From Nitrospirales bacterium (GTDB taxonomy: Bacteria > Nitrospirota > Nitrospiria > Nitrospirales > UBA8639), in the NCBI GenBank assembly GCA_965223295.1, contig CBDCWC010000002.1, positions 544,001 through 608,000 on the forward strand: a stretch of DNA of 64,000 bases, in the 5' to 3' direction. The notes under the pieces are model-generated. The model was not told where the DNA came from and made no database searches. It saw nothing but the letters and a program-made list of their open reading frames with translations. The position numbers were made by a program, and so were the translations under genes. Below are positions 52,083 to 63,851 of the stretch, in pieces. The first letter of the stretch is position 1, and each line of letters opens with the position of its first letter.

Positions 52083-52745
52083 CTAGTTAGGAGAAATGAT
52101 CCAGGCATCCAGGTCATAGTCTTTTTTTAACTGTTTGGCGGTGTTCTCGGCTGTAGTTTTGGACTGAAATGATCCGATTTGCACACGGTGCTTTTCTCCT
52201 GAGGCGAGTTTCACCGTGTTGACTCGCACATGAGGATATTGACGCGCCAAACGTTCACGCAGTGACATGGCTTCCCGCAATGTCCTAAAGGCTGCAGCCT
52301 GTACCCAGAACTGTTGAAGAGGTTGTGGAGGGAAAGAGGTAGTTGATGGATGTGTAGGGTTGACGATCGTGACCACTACCTCTGCAGTCCCTTCACCAAT
52401 CATTTCCAACTCACGGGCACCAGCATAGGATAAATCAATAATTCTTCCCTCAATAAATGGCCCCCGATCATTGATTCTCACTGTCACTGTTTTTCCTGTC
52501 TTGACTTTTCTAACTTGGACCCATGTGTTAAACGGCAAGGTCTTATGCGCTGCGGTGAGCGCCCACATATCGTAGGGTTCCCCATTAGCGGTGGGTTTGC
52601 CGTGAAAGCTGGGACCATACCAAGAAGCAATGCCGCGTAAGGTATCCTTTTGATTAAGATGTGGAGATTTTTGGGAGGAGCTGATACAGCCTGCAACGAG
52701 CAAAACTCCAAGAATGAAAAAAATATTCCATGATAGACGAAACAC
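52083..52745 (-). CDS. rlpA: Septal ring lytic transglycosylase RlpA lipoprotein with SPOR domain
   Basis: VAGC lipobox; GIASWYG..FHG, TAAHKTLP and VRINDRGPF; SPOR domain. Confidence 0.93.
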   Translation of the reverse strand: MFRLSWNIFFILGVLLVAGCISSSQKSPHLNQKDTLRGIASWYGPSFHGKPTANGEPYDMWALTAAHKTLPFNTWVQVRKVKTGKTVTVRINDRGPFIEGRIIDLSYAGARELEMIGEGTAEVVVTIVNPTHPSTTSFPPQPLQQFWVQAAAFRTLREAMSLRERLARQYPHVRVNTVKLASGEKHRVQIGSFQSKTTAENTAKQLKKDYDLDAWIISPN

Positions 52746-52802
52746 AAATGGGCTCCTTGCCAGTGGTGTGAATGATTCACATGAGCTCAGACACTAGATT
52801 TA

Positions 52803-52992
52803 AGGTCTGTTGAAAAAAGCTGTCAGCGGCGTTCTCGCCATTTTTCCGTGCTCACGTCGTGCCAGTACGCTCCGCGCGCAGAAATGGCTGCGGCCTTGCT
52901 GAACGGACTTTTTTGAACCGACCTGAGGCTTCCCGTACTCAACGGGTCCCTGGAGAAATGTCCCCCTTGATATCTTCAGTCTTCGAGAACCC
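52803..52992 (-). mobile_element. MITE-like element, family A, copy 5 (inverted)
   Basis: AGGTCTGTTGAAAAAAGC...; degenerate far end TTCGAGAACCC; 190 bp. Confidence 0.85.
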
Positions 52993-53030
52993 TATTTAGG
53001 ATACCACAGAGAAAAGGGTGTGGAGCGAAA

Positions 53031-54266
53031 CTAAGGAGTTTGATCAATCGTATGGCGATCAATGTAACGGTAACATTGTCGATTTAACACGGGAAACACT
53101 GAAAAAATTGGGGTTCCAGTCGGAAGGAGTGCTGTCTCAATGCCCGGATTGAGGGCAAGGTGCAAATTGACAAAATTAAAACTCAGCCCTTCCTGCCAAG
53201 GCTGCGAAAGGTTTTCCACATAGGACTCAACCTTATCCGAAGCATACGAACGGGTCATGAGTCCGGCGCCACCTTGCAGGCCGTACTCGGCCAAGTCAGG
53301 TGCTCCCTGGATAAGGAGTGAGACGATGGCGGCATCAAACCAAATTTTGACATTGCAGCTCACTTGGATAAAGGGGCCCAAACTTCCCGTATGTTCCAGG
53401 ATAGCCATGGGGTAGGCCAACTCTGGTGGAATTGAACCTTCGCTTCCGGAAGGCTGGAGAGGAAATTCTGGATCTTTTACCGCTGAGACTGAAACGAAGA
53501 TAAGATTAGGATCTTGAAGATCCACATCCAAGACTTGTCCATCATGATAGCTGCACAATTTTCCCATTTCATAGCGCAACGGATAGGAGTAGCCCATCTT
53601 TCCGTAAAAAATTCGTATGCCTCCTTCGAGCGGCTCTTCAGGGCTTCGGCTGATTTTCAAATCAAAAGGCAGCAGCAAATGTAATGGGTTTGACCGTGCA
53701 TTCATGAAAGGGGCACAAGCCCCAGGGAATTCTTTGTGAATTGAGGCATTGTCTGGTTCGAATTTTTTCGGGGTGCCGCCAAAATGTTGGGCAGTTTTTG
53801 CCTCCTTGGTCAGTCGATATTTCTCCTGGTAATAAGTGGATGCACGTTTTTGAGCAATTTCTAAAAAGTATTCAGGAAAATCTGTTTCGACAATGAGGTT
53901 TTGACGCTCAAGGCTTTGAGCACGAGACACCTTCATAGCCTCGCTATAGCGCTGTAAGTCGCTTTGAGTTTTCTTGATGAGATGTTCGAGGTCTCGAACC
54001 AGTTCTGGATCGTCGTATCGTGTTTGGGGTAATAACTGGCGAGCTTTTTGCAGCAATTCCAGCTTCATGGTATAGCGTTTGGGCTCAGCCGAAAATACCG
54101 TCGCGGTGGCCATCATTAAGTTAAATTGTTCCTCAGGAAGAAGACCCAACTGCCCAAGATCGTGGTCTTTGACAAAAGCCAACGCCAAGGGGCCAAAGGC
54201 TTCCTCTTGCCGGAGATTTAGCGTGAGAAGGTAGTTGAGATAGGCCCGTGCATCTTCTTGTGTCAT
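53031..54266 (-). CDS. Hypothetical protein: helical N-terminus plus DUF6065-like C-terminus
   Basis: 411 aa; GACAPFMNA...LLLPFD and LLPTGTPIFSVFPV motifs. Confidence 0.75.
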   Translation of the reverse strand: MTQEDARAYLNYLLTLNLRQEEAFGPLALAFVKDHDLGQLGLLPEEQFNLMMATATVFSAEPKRYTMKLELLQKARQLLPQTRYDDPELVRDLEHLIKKTQSDLQRYSEAMKVSRAQSLERQNLIVETDFPEYFLEIAQKRASTYYQEKYRLTKEAKTAQHFGGTPKKFEPDNASIHKEFPGACAPFMNARSNPLHLLLPFDLKISRSPEEPLEGGIRIFYGKMGYSYPLRYEMGKLCSYHDGQVLDVDLQDPNLIFVSVSAVKDPEFPLQPSGSEGSIPPELAYPMAILEHTGSLGPFIQVSCNVKIWFDAAIVSLLIQGAPDLAEYGLQGGAGLMTRSYASDKVESYVENLSQPWQEGLSFNFVNLHLALNPGIETALLPTGTPIFSVFPVLNRQCYRYIDRHTIDQTP

Positions 54267-54470
54267 AAAGAACTTCCTAGTAAAAGGCTGGCATTTTAAG
54301 ACAAGCTTTTCAGTGGAGCAAGTGCTATGGGCGCTTTTCTTGAGCGAGAATAAATTAGATGGACCAATATTCCTTCATTGGTCAACAATGGCTTTCTAGG
54401 CGAGATAGGCAAGAAGATAGACGTGTGATAGGATGAAAATAAGGATGAGATGGTGAACGGGAGGGCTTCT

Positions 54471-54866
54471 ATGCGACATACGCTTCTACAAAAATTGATG
54501 CGCCAATGTGCTATAGGGATAATGGTTGGTTGTCTGTGGTTAAGTTTTGGTACTGCTCCGGCTTTGGCTGAGGGAGGTGATGTGAAGAGTAATTCGGAGC
54601 AGGGAACCGACAATCTGGCAAAACAAATCACTGATTTAGATGGTCAGATTCAGAAACTACGTGAACAAAGCTTGGCTCTACAAGAAAAAACCAAGGCCAA
54701 ACTCCAGCAACAATTAGAGATCTTAAAAAAACAGCGAGATACCTTGGTTCCTCGAATTGAAAAGTTGAGGGACAACAGCGAACTGGCTTGGCAGGATATT
54801 AAGGAGAATATTCAAAGAGCCATTCAAGATCTGAAGACCTCTGTTGAGACGATAGAGAAAAAATAG
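54471..54866 (+). CDS. Exported coiled-coil protein
   Basis: GGAGG RBS; signal peptide ending APALA; heptad-rich body. Confidence 0.7.
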   Translation: MRHTLLQKLMRQCAIGIMVGCLWLSFGTAPALAEGGDVKSNSEQGTDNLAKQITDLDGQIQKLREQSLALQEKTKAKLQQQLEILKKQRDTLVPRIEKLRDNSELAWQDIKENIQRAIQDLKTSVETIEKK

Positions 54867-54956
54867 GGTTCTCGCTCCTTACGCAATTTCCCTTGCCTTT
54901 TGCCTTCTTCCCGTTATGCTTCGTGGCTAACGTGCCACAGACCTAATTTCTCTTTA

Positions 54957-55095
54957 GGGCACCTCTAAAAACCGATGATTTTTTCCGAGGGCAAGGAAGC
55001 GGCGCGCGGAAAACCGCAGTGTATGGGCCAATACATGAGGATTTGAGCACGCGGCTGACGCGGCCCTCGGGAAAGGACAGTTTTTAGAGGTGCCC
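54957..55095 (+). mobile_element. MITE-like element, family B, copy 1 (RPE-1-like core)
   Basis: Perfect 16-bp TIR GGGCACCTCTAAAAAC / GTTTTTAGAGGTGCCC; 4-bp TSD TTTA. Confidence 0.92.
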
Positions 55096-55155
55096 TTTAG
55101 TATTCCTCCCTCTCAGGGTTGCGCTCTCTCTTCACTCTTTTTACACTCCGCATCT

Positions 55156-57564
55156 ATGGCCGACCATTCTCTTATTCAACAGACTGAACAAGTCTTGGAA
55201 TGGCAGCAGTTACTTGATGCTGTTGCTAAAGAAGCAACATCAGGCATGGGAGCCGAACTCTGCCGAGGGCTTGTTTGTGTGCGTGACCTTGAATCCGCAC
55301 GGGCACAACAACAAGAAACATTTGAAATGCTTCAGAGCTTTGAACTGACTTCTTCCCTTCCAGCATTGAATTTCCCAGATGTTCGTCCTCTTCTGGCACG
55401 TGTCGCCAAAGGTGGTTTCTTGGAAGGTTTGGATTTGCGAGATATTTCTGTTGTGTCAACTATCAGTCAACATGCGAAGCAATGGTTAGACGGACATCAG
55501 GAAGCGTATCCGACGATGTGGAAACGGTTTGCTCAATTCCAGGATCTGTCCTTCGTGCGCCAAACCATTGATCATTGTATTGATGCTCAAGGACATTTGC
55601 GAGAATCGGCTAGTCCACTACTGAACGAATTAACACAAAAAAGTCAAAATCTTCGTCAGGCTATGCGCCGGCGCTTGGAACAATTGCTGGCTGGCCAACA
55701 ATATGAAGAGCAACTGCAAGGTCAGTATTTTGCTGAACGTGAAAACCGGTATGTCATTCCCGTGAAATCTGAACGGCAGCACGAGGTGGATGGCATTATC
55801 CACGATATTTCTAGTAGTGGCGCGACGGTTTTCATTGAACCACGAAATTTAATCGAATTGAATAATGCCATTAAGTTTGCTGACTTGCAAGTTGCTCAAG
55901 AGACACGTCGTATTCTTCAGGACCTTTCAGATATGGTCTCAGGATCTGTTGCACCTATTCAGGAAAACTTTGAATTACTGGCTGAGTTGGATTGTCTCGT
56001 CGCCAAAGCGCGGCTCAGTCGAAAAATTGAAGGAGTACCCGTTCATCTGAACCAGGAGAATAAGATACACCTGATTCAAGCCAACCATCCGCTCTTGCGG
56101 TTAACGAAAGATGGAGTGGTAGCCAATACCATCCATATCGATGAAAATGTCCATACACTTATCATTTCGGGCCCGAATGCTGGAGGGAAAACGGTTACGC
56201 TGAAAATGGTGGGGGTCGCAGCTTTGATGGTCAAAGTTGGTTTGTTGTTACCCTGCGCACCCCATTCTGATATGGCTTTTTTTGATCGAGTGTTTGCGGA
56301 TATTGGCGACACTCAAGACTTAAGCCGTGACCTCTCTAGTTTTTCAGGCCATATTCTCTCTCTCATTACTCTCTTGGACAATCTGCGATCCTATCATCAT
56401 GATGCGCAGCATTCTTCGTTGGTTCTGTTAGATGAAGTGGGGAGTTCGACGGACCCAATCGAAGGCGCTGCCCTGGCAGAAGCGATCTTACGCCGTTTAA
56501 GTGATCTTGGGTGTATCAGTTTGGTGACGACCCATTATCCCTCTTTAAAAACATTGGCCTATCGGAATTTGCATGTGCGTAATGTTAGTCAGGAATTTGA
56601 TATGGAGCGTCTTTTGCCCACCTATCGATTGATTGATGGGATTCCAGGCGGGTCTTCGGCACTAGATATTGCCGATCGATTGGGATTAGAAGCCGAGATT
56701 CTTCTCCATGCGCGAGGACTAATTGAACGAGATGATCAGGATCTTGACCATATTCTTCAACAACTTCAACATAGTTATGCTCAGTTAGAGGAAGAGCGTT
56801 CTGACGCTCAGGTGCGCCATCAAGAAGCGCAACGGTTGTTTGATGAAGCGCGGAACATTCGGCAGCAATTGGCCATTCAGGAAAAAGAAGACCGGCAACG
56901 TTATCGTAAACAATGGCAGCGCGAATTTGCAAAAGCCCAACGCGAAGTGAATCACATTGTCGCAACACTCAAAAAAGAAAAAAGCGCAACACAAGTACAA
57001 GCCAGACGTCGGTCGTTGACGCATATTGATAACCATATGAAAGGGCAGTTACCTATTGAGGGTTCTTCCTCCTTCATTCCTCCGAAGTCAGGAGATCGAG
57101 TGGAAATTGACGAACTGGGCACCGTGGGTACTTTACAGGAAGATCCAGAGGGGAAGAAACTTGTCTCGATTCGTGTCGGTGCGCAAACCATAAAAATTTC
57201 TCCCTCGGCAGTCCGTGTGATTTCTTCTTCTCACACAACATCCAAGCACCGATCTCAATCTCAACGAAGCTTTCCCTCCCAGTCTCAGAGTTCAACCGCA
57301 TCTTCAGTGGCAACTGGAGTGTATCAACATGAGCATGATCTGCGAGGCATACGACTTGAAGATGCTTTAGAGAAGACACTGGCGGCCTTGGATCAGGCGC
57401 TCATGGCTGAAGCCAAATACGTGAAAATTATCCATGGGCAGGGTTCTGGTGCCTTAAGAACTGGCATTCGAAAGCTCTGCCAAACCTCACCCTATACTGA
57501 AAGTTATCGAGCGGGCGATCCGGCTGAAGGCGGAGATGGCGTGACAATCATCGAGTTGCGGTAG
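55156..57564 (+). CDS. mutS2: Endonuclease MutS2
   Basis: HDISSSGATVFIEP, ISGPNAGGKT, LSSFSGH, LLDEVGSSTDP; Smr domain (DLRG...IIHGQGSG). Confidence 0.95.
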   Translation: MADHSLIQQTEQVLEWQQLLDAVAKEATSGMGAELCRGLVCVRDLESARAQQQETFEMLQSFELTSSLPALNFPDVRPLLARVAKGGFLEGLDLRDISVVSTISQHAKQWLDGHQEAYPTMWKRFAQFQDLSFVRQTIDHCIDAQGHLRESASPLLNELTQKSQNLRQAMRRRLEQLLAGQQYEEQLQGQYFAERENRYVIPVKSERQHEVDGIIHDISSSGATVFIEPRNLIELNNAIKFADLQVAQETRRILQDLSDMVSGSVAPIQENFELLAELDCLVAKARLSRKIEGVPVHLNQENKIHLIQANHPLLRLTKDGVVANTIHIDENVHTLIISGPNAGGKTVTLKMVGVAALMVKVGLLLPCAPHSDMAFFDRVFADIGDTQDLSRDLSSFSGHILSLITLLDNLRSYHHDAQHSSLVLLDEVGSSTDPIEGAALAEAILRRLSDLGCISLVTTHYPSLKTLAYRNLHVRNVSQEFDMERLLPTYRLIDGIPGGSSALDIADRLGLEAEILLHARGLIERDDQDLDHILQQLQHSYAQLEEERSDAQVRHQEAQRLFDEARNIRQQLAIQEKEDRQRYRKQWQREFAKAQREVNHIVATLKKEKSATQVQARRRSLTHIDNHMKGQLPIEGSSSFIPPKSGDRVEIDELGTVGTLQEDPEGKKLVSIRVGAQTIKISPSAVRVISSSHTTSKHRSQSQRSFPSQSQSSTASSVATGVYQHEHDLRGIRLEDALEKTLAALDQALMAEAKYVKIIHGQGSGALRTGIRKLCQTSPYTESYRAGDPAEGGDGVTIIELR

Positions 57565-58579
57565 GTGATGTCGGAGGTGGTTGATTGTTGAGGGCGATTG
57601 CGATGTTCCGTTGAAAGCCCTCATACTTTGGCCGACGGATCGGACTGCCTTTCGTCATGTTACGGAATTCTTCAGGAGTCTGCGTGGTTAACGTCGACAA
57701 TTGAGGATGAAGGGTCCAAGCAGATGGTTGAAAGCTTGGTTCAACAGTTGGTTGTGCATGGACATTAAACGGGCAAATATCCAGACAATCATCACATCCA
57801 AAAATACGATTCCCCATTTTTTGACGGAGTTCGGCTGGAATGTCGTCAAGCGCACCACGATATTCTATCGTCAGATAAGAAATGCATCGCTCGGCATCGA
57901 CTCGATAGGGTTCAACTATGGCTTGGGTTGGACAGGCTTGAATGCACAATGAACATGATCCACAGAGATCGGTCGCAGGTTCGTCAGGTTCAAATTCCTC
58001 TGTCGTCAGGATTTCGCCTAATAGAAGCCAGGATCCAAACGTGGTCGACACTACATTGGTATGTTTCCCAATCCATCCGATTCCAGCTTCTTGTGCCCAG
58101 GCTTTTTCCATAACAGGTCCTGTATCGACATAACTTCGTGTTTGGATGTCAGGGATCTGTTTGTGAAGAAATTTTTCTAATTGATGTAAGCGGGCTTTCA
58201 TCACATCATGATAGTCCTGTCCCCAGGCATAGCGTGCGATCCGACCAGTATGCAGAGATTCATCAGGATCATGGCCAGTGTAGTAATTCATGCCCACCAT
58301 AATTATGGAACAGCACCCCGGAAGTATTTTAGTTGGATCTGAACGTCGCTGAGGGTCTCGCTCCATCCACGTCATGGTTCCGTGAAAACGTTGTTCCAAC
58401 CAATGTGTTAACCAATTCCAGAGTCTAGAGGGAAGGGGGGCGTCGTCGTGACTAGCCGTAATGGAATCTAATGGCGCAATGGGCTCAAGATTAGGAATAC
58501 GAGCGATGCCGACGGCATCAAAACCTAATTCTCGTGCATGAGCTTTTATTTGGCTGACGAGAGTCGACGTGTAAGCCAT
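57548..58579 (-). CDS. queG: Epoxyqueuosine reductase
   Basis: IARYAWGQDYH, VDTGPVMEK, CGSCSLCIQACPT and FGCDDCLDICP motifs. Confidence 0.96.
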   Translation of the reverse strand: MAYTSTLVSQIKAHARELGFDAVGIARIPNLEPIAPLDSITASHDDAPLPSRLWNWLTHWLEQRFHGTMTWMERDPQRRSDPTKILPGCCSIIMVGMNYYTGHDPDESLHTGRIARYAWGQDYHDVMKARLHQLEKFLHKQIPDIQTRSYVDTGPVMEKAWAQEAGIGWIGKHTNVVSTTFGSWLLLGEILTTEEFEPDEPATDLCGSCSLCIQACPTQAIVEPYRVDAERCISYLTIEYRGALDDIPAELRQKMGNRIFGCDDCLDICPFNVHAQPTVEPSFQPSAWTLHPQLSTLTTQTPEEFRNMTKGSPIRRPKYEGFQRNIAIALNNQPPPTSPTATR

Positions 58580-58615
58580 GAGTAAGTCGACTGGCTAGTG
58601 TATGTGGAGGAAATT

Positions 58616-59059
58616 TTAGGGTTGCTGAGGAAAGGCAGGGCTTGCAGATGGCACATTACCCGTGCAATTAAACATGACCGTAAATCTTCCCGTACATTGT
58701 TTGGTTTGACAGGCTTGGCAAGTCCCCACAATAGACGTTTTCCAATCGGTCTTTTGGGTATCAAATTGACACGATGTGGCCCCTCCTTTAGAGGCTTCTG
58801 CCCAGGGTTCGTCATAACCTGGAAATTGGGCCACGGTACATCCATCTAAAATCGGGACTTTACATTCGGCATGTTTATCACCTTTGGCCATTCCAATTGT
58901 GCAATTGGATTCAGTACGTGACTGAGATTCAGCCATACTGATTGGTTGTGTCAGAAACCAAGAGGCACATGTTAATGACAGTCCTAATATGACAGGGTGA
59001 ATAAAGCATGTACGAATGCAATATCTTATAGACTGTATGCAGTGGGATGTTTTAGACAT
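58616..59059 (-). CDS. Secreted Cys-rich hypothetical protein
   Basis: Hydrophobic signal region followed by 8 Cys in about 95 aa. Confidence 0.65.
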   Translation of the reverse strand: MSKTSHCIQSIRYCIRTCFIHPVILGLSLTCASWFLTQPISMAESQSRTESNCTIGMAKGDKHAECKVPILDGCTVAQFPGYDEPWAEASKGGATSCQFDTQKTDWKTSIVGTCQACQTKQCTGRFTVMFNCTGNVPSASPAFPQQP

Positions 59060-59161
59060 GGTGACCTATTGAAGATAAAAAGAAAAAAATAAAGCCTGTT
59101 AATGATTTGTGAAAAATCGTCTTCACTTATACCATATTATCAAAGCGTGCTGTCAAAAATT

Positions 59162-59740
59162 CTATGACTCTTCATCTTTCATGAAAGGCGCAGGGAGGGC
59201 AGGGGATTTGCTCAGGTCTTGAAACTGACTCATAACCTCTCTTTCCCAAGATTCTTGCGCATCAAAGTCTAACCCATGCTTGGTGTCGGTATCATATTGA
59301 AGATTCAATCTTTGCGCGACCAATTTCGTCAATCGTAACATTTCCCACAAATCATCTTCCTTGCTCATGGAAAGATTGGCTTGACGAACAACCAAGCAAC
59401 TAATGAAATAATGGAGCTGTTCGTGAGCTAAGAGATGTTCTGACATACGCCAAATGCTGCGATTTTTAGGATCAACTAGATCTGGCTTAACCCAGGAATG
59501 GTCGGGATCAAAGGCTATCGACAATCGATGCTCTGCAGGATGTTGATGAAAGCGAATGGCTGTTTCGGCGCCTCGCTGGTCCGTTGGGACTCTTGGGGTA
59601 AAATCGCTCCATTGCAACAATCGATCTGGCTGGCAGGAGGGTATAGGCGACGGGTCAGACACCCAAGTAAGAGTGGGTGTGCAACTTATCGAAATGAGGC
59701 ATAAGGCTAGAGGAGCTATGTGAAGAAATTTTCTAAACAC
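59162..59740 (-). CDS. DUF922-like putative Zn-dependent protease lipoprotein
   Basis: LISISC lipobox; LQWSDF, SWV, LLAHEQLHY (HExxH) and YDTDTKHG. Confidence 0.75.
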   Translation of the reverse strand: MFRKFLHIAPLALCLISISCTPTLTWVSDPSPIPSCQPDRLLQWSDFTPRVPTDQRGAETAIRFHQHPAEHRLSIAFDPDHSWVKPDLVDPKNRSIWRMSEHLLAHEQLHYFISCLVVRQANLSMSKEDDLWEMLRLTKLVAQRLNLQYDTDTKHGLDFDAQESWEREVMSQFQDLSKSPALPAPFMKDEES

Positions 59741-59779
59741 TATCGAATCTATTGTTTTGCGATTGCCTGTTTAAAATTC

Positions 59780-59968
59780 GGGGCTGTTGAAAAAAGCTGC
59801 CAGCAGCGTTCTCGCCCTTTTCCCGTGCTCACGTCATGCCAGGACGCTCCGCGCGTAAAAATGGCTGCGGCCTTGCTGGACAGCTTTTTTAACCGCCCCG
59901 AACCTGTTGATCGCCCTCGGCTTCTTGGCGAAATATGACTTTCGATATCGTCATGATTCAACACTCCC
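59780..59968 (-). mobile_element. MITE-like element, family A, copy 6 (inverted)
   Basis: GGGGCTGTTGAA...TTCAACACTCCC; 189 bp; AATTC on both flanks. Confidence 0.88.
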
Positions 59969-60010
59969 AATTCAGAAAAATCTGTCGATGAGCTTGTCGA
60001 ACAGATGAAC

Positions 60011-60046
60011 AAAAAAACCCTGGAGAGCAAGCCCTCCAGGGTTTTT
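60011..60046 (-). terminator. Intrinsic terminator of groESL
   Basis: AAAAACCCTGGAG...CTCCAGGGTTTTT stem; A7 run reads as a U tract on the minus strand. Confidence 0.85.
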
Positions 60047-60073
60047 GGTTTCTCAAGATTTGAAATCTGAGAA

Positions 60074-61741
<1,668 letters not shown>

Positions 61742-61794
61742 TCATCTGTAAATGGATATCAATCTTCAATTGGTTATTGAGAATATCAGCACAC

Positions 61795-62106
61795 TTAGTT
61801 TTCAAAGACACCCAAGATATCTTCTTCTTTCAAGATCAAGCAGTCATCGTTTTCAATCTTGATTTTGGTTCCAGAATATTTGTCAAACAGAACTTGATCT
61901 CCGATTTTGACATTTTCCACATCGGCACCAGCGGCTTCAATGGTTCCCCGTTGAGGCTTTTCGCGAGCTGAGTCTGGCACGTAAATGCCACCTGCCGTCC
62001 GCTCTAATTCTTCTGTATACGTCACAAAGACTCGATCTCCAAGGGGACGGAATCCTTTGGCGCTGCTTCCGGCTTTCGTGTCCTTTTTTTCCTTCGTGGC
62101 TGCCAT
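61795..62106 (-). CDS. groS: Co-chaperonin GroES
   Basis: FRPLGDRV, TAGGIYVPDSAREKP and EEDILG; AAGGAGG RBS before ATG 62106. Confidence 0.97.
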   Translation of the reverse strand: MAATKEKKDTKAGSSAKGFRPLGDRVFVTYTEELERTAGGIYVPDSAREKPQRGTIEAAGADVENVKIGDQVLFDKYSGTKIKIENDDCLILKEEDILGVFEN

Positions 62107-62241
62107 GCTTACCTCCTTCAATGGTTTGTGAGCAAATAAATAGAAAAGTGTAGTGAAATGTGAATTGGCATTTTGTTATCGACAAGAACGATCTAACCTG
62201 CGAAATGACTGAAGAGTCTGCTTTCTCGTTCGACGGAGGAA

Positions 62242-62269
62242 AGATAAGTCGAGATGAAATGAAGTCAAG
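62242..62269 (-). promoter_or_regulatory. Putative RpoH-type promoter of groESL
   Basis: CTTG-N17-CTTATCT. Confidence 0.62.
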
Positions 62270-62390
62270 AGGGCGCAGAGAGTTTTTTACCTGGAACCCG
62301 GAAAAAATTGAAATTCTGGGGTTTCTGAGAGAGAAGTCTGCTATAAGAAAAATCGTCCATAATTGAAAATTACGTACTAATAGCTAGGAC

Positions 62391-63449
62391 TTACTTCCTG
62401 AGGTTTTCAAAATCATGAATATCGTTTTTCATAAACTCACGTAATTTCTTAATAATTTTCGTCTCAATCTGACGGCTTCGCTCTTTGGTAATTGAATATT
62501 TTTTGCCTAAGTCTTCTAAGGTGACAGGGGTTTCTGACAACATGCGGTTTCGCAAAATATCTTCTTCCCGCTCTGTGAGACTGCGAGCAAACTCGGCAAG
62601 TTTCTGTCGAAAGAGCACTCTGAGCTGGGTATTTGCCAATTGATCATCCACAGGAGTCTGAACGGCCGGTAGCAAATCATGAAACGTCCCTTCCCCTTCT
62701 TCCGTCATAGGCTGATCTAAAGAAAGTTCCCAACTGCCCAAACGTTGATCCATTTCCACGACATCCCGTTCACGGACATTAAGGCGATCGGCCAAGAGTT
62801 TTGGGTCAGGGATATACCCTTCACGTTCAAGTTTGGCTTTTTCCTTGCGCAAATTATAGAACAGTTTGCGTTGCTCTTGAGTGGTGCCGATTTTGACCAA
62901 TCTAAAGTTATTGAGAAGATAGCGGAGAACAAATGCCCGAACCCACCAGGCGGCGTAGGCGTAAAATCGAACATTTTTTGTGGGGTCAAATTTTTTCATG
63001 GCTTGGAGCAAGCCCACGTTGCCTTCTTGAATCAGGTCCATTTGATCCAGCCCTGCGAGTCCATATTCAGACGCGATTTTTACGCTCACACGTAAATTGG
63101 CTAAAATGAGTTTCACGGCAGCTTCGCGGGTCCCAAGGTATTGATATTCATAAAACAGTTGTAGCTCCTCTTCCTTTGTGAGAAAGGGGTAGCGTCTGAC
63201 TTCTGCTAAGTAACGGCTTAATGTGGTTGTCGGGGTGAGAGCTGTGGACAAGCTGGCCCATGTTGAGGCATCCTTGGGTTCCTGCTTGTCCTCACTTTCC
63301 GAATCTTCCCCGTCGGGGGAAATGTTAACAGGCAAGAGTTCTTCTGTTTGAAAATCTAATTCTTCTAGAGAATCTGAAGATTCATTGCCATTGACCGGAA
63401 CATCAATAACTTTAGGCGAGTCTTTTTTTGAATGTTTTTTTATCTGCAT
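62391..63449 (-). CDS. rpoH: RNA polymerase sigma factor, RpoH/sigma-32-like
   Basis: DLIQEGNVGL, YAAWWVRA; RpoH-box-like VKIGTTQEQRKLFYNLRK; ITKERSRQIE. Confidence 0.85.
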   Translation of the reverse strand: MQIKKHSKKDSPKVIDVPVNGNESSDSLEELDFQTEELLPVNISPDGEDSESEDKQEPKDASTWASLSTALTPTTTLSRYLAEVRRYPFLTKEEELQLFYEYQYLGTREAAVKLILANLRVSVKIASEYGLAGLDQMDLIQEGNVGLLQAMKKFDPTKNVRFYAYAAWWVRAFVLRYLLNNFRLVKIGTTQEQRKLFYNLRKEKAKLEREGYIPDPKLLADRLNVRERDVVEMDQRLGSWELSLDQPMTEEGEGTFHDLLPAVQTPVDDQLANTQLRVLFRQKLAEFARSLTEREEDILRNRMLSETPVTLEDLGKKYSITKERSRQIETKIIKKLREFMKNDIHDFENLRK

Positions 63450-63540
63450 CGGTTGAGATTACTTTTTGTTCAAAAGGTTCTTAAGATATTGTAATGAATT
63501 TTTTGTCCATGACCAAATGTCTCCTGTGAAGACGATTAAA

Positions 63541-63681
63541 GGGCACCTCTAAAAACTGAAGATTTTTTCTGAGGGCAAGAAAGCAGCGCGCGGAAAACCG
63601 CAGTGTATGGGCCAATACATGAGGATGTGAGCACGCTGCCTACGTCGCCATCGGGAAAAAGAACAGTTTTTAGAGGTGCCC
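63541..63681 (+). mobile_element. MITE-like element, family B, copy 2
   Basis: Same TIR GGGCACCTCTAAAAAC; 4-bp TSD TAAA. Confidence 0.92.
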
Positions 63682-63851
63682 TAAAGACAGAATATGGGAA
63701 CCGCAAAGTGTATGGGAACTCCCCCTATTCCCTATATTTATGGAAAAATTTTAAAAAAATAGCTGATTTTTGCTACTGACTAAATGCTATAGCGATTGGT
63801 TAGTCAATCATGCCTTATTATTTCATCACATACTTTAAGTTCTGATCGAAT

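Noticed and set aside
55090-55155. GTG start for mutS2 given by the ORF track
   Set aside because: It lies within the MITE B1 terminal repeat; ATG 55156 fits the usual MutS2 N-terminus.
58690-58720. CQAC as a c-type heme-binding site
   Set aside because: No His follows the CxxC.
62107-62390. CIRCE element upstream of groES
   Set aside because: Only a TTGGCA half-match is present, with no inverted partner at 9-nt spacing.
63484-63511. Autoregulatory RpoH-type promoter upstream of rpoH
   Set aside because: Only a weak match (CATG-N17-AATATCT); not enough to call.
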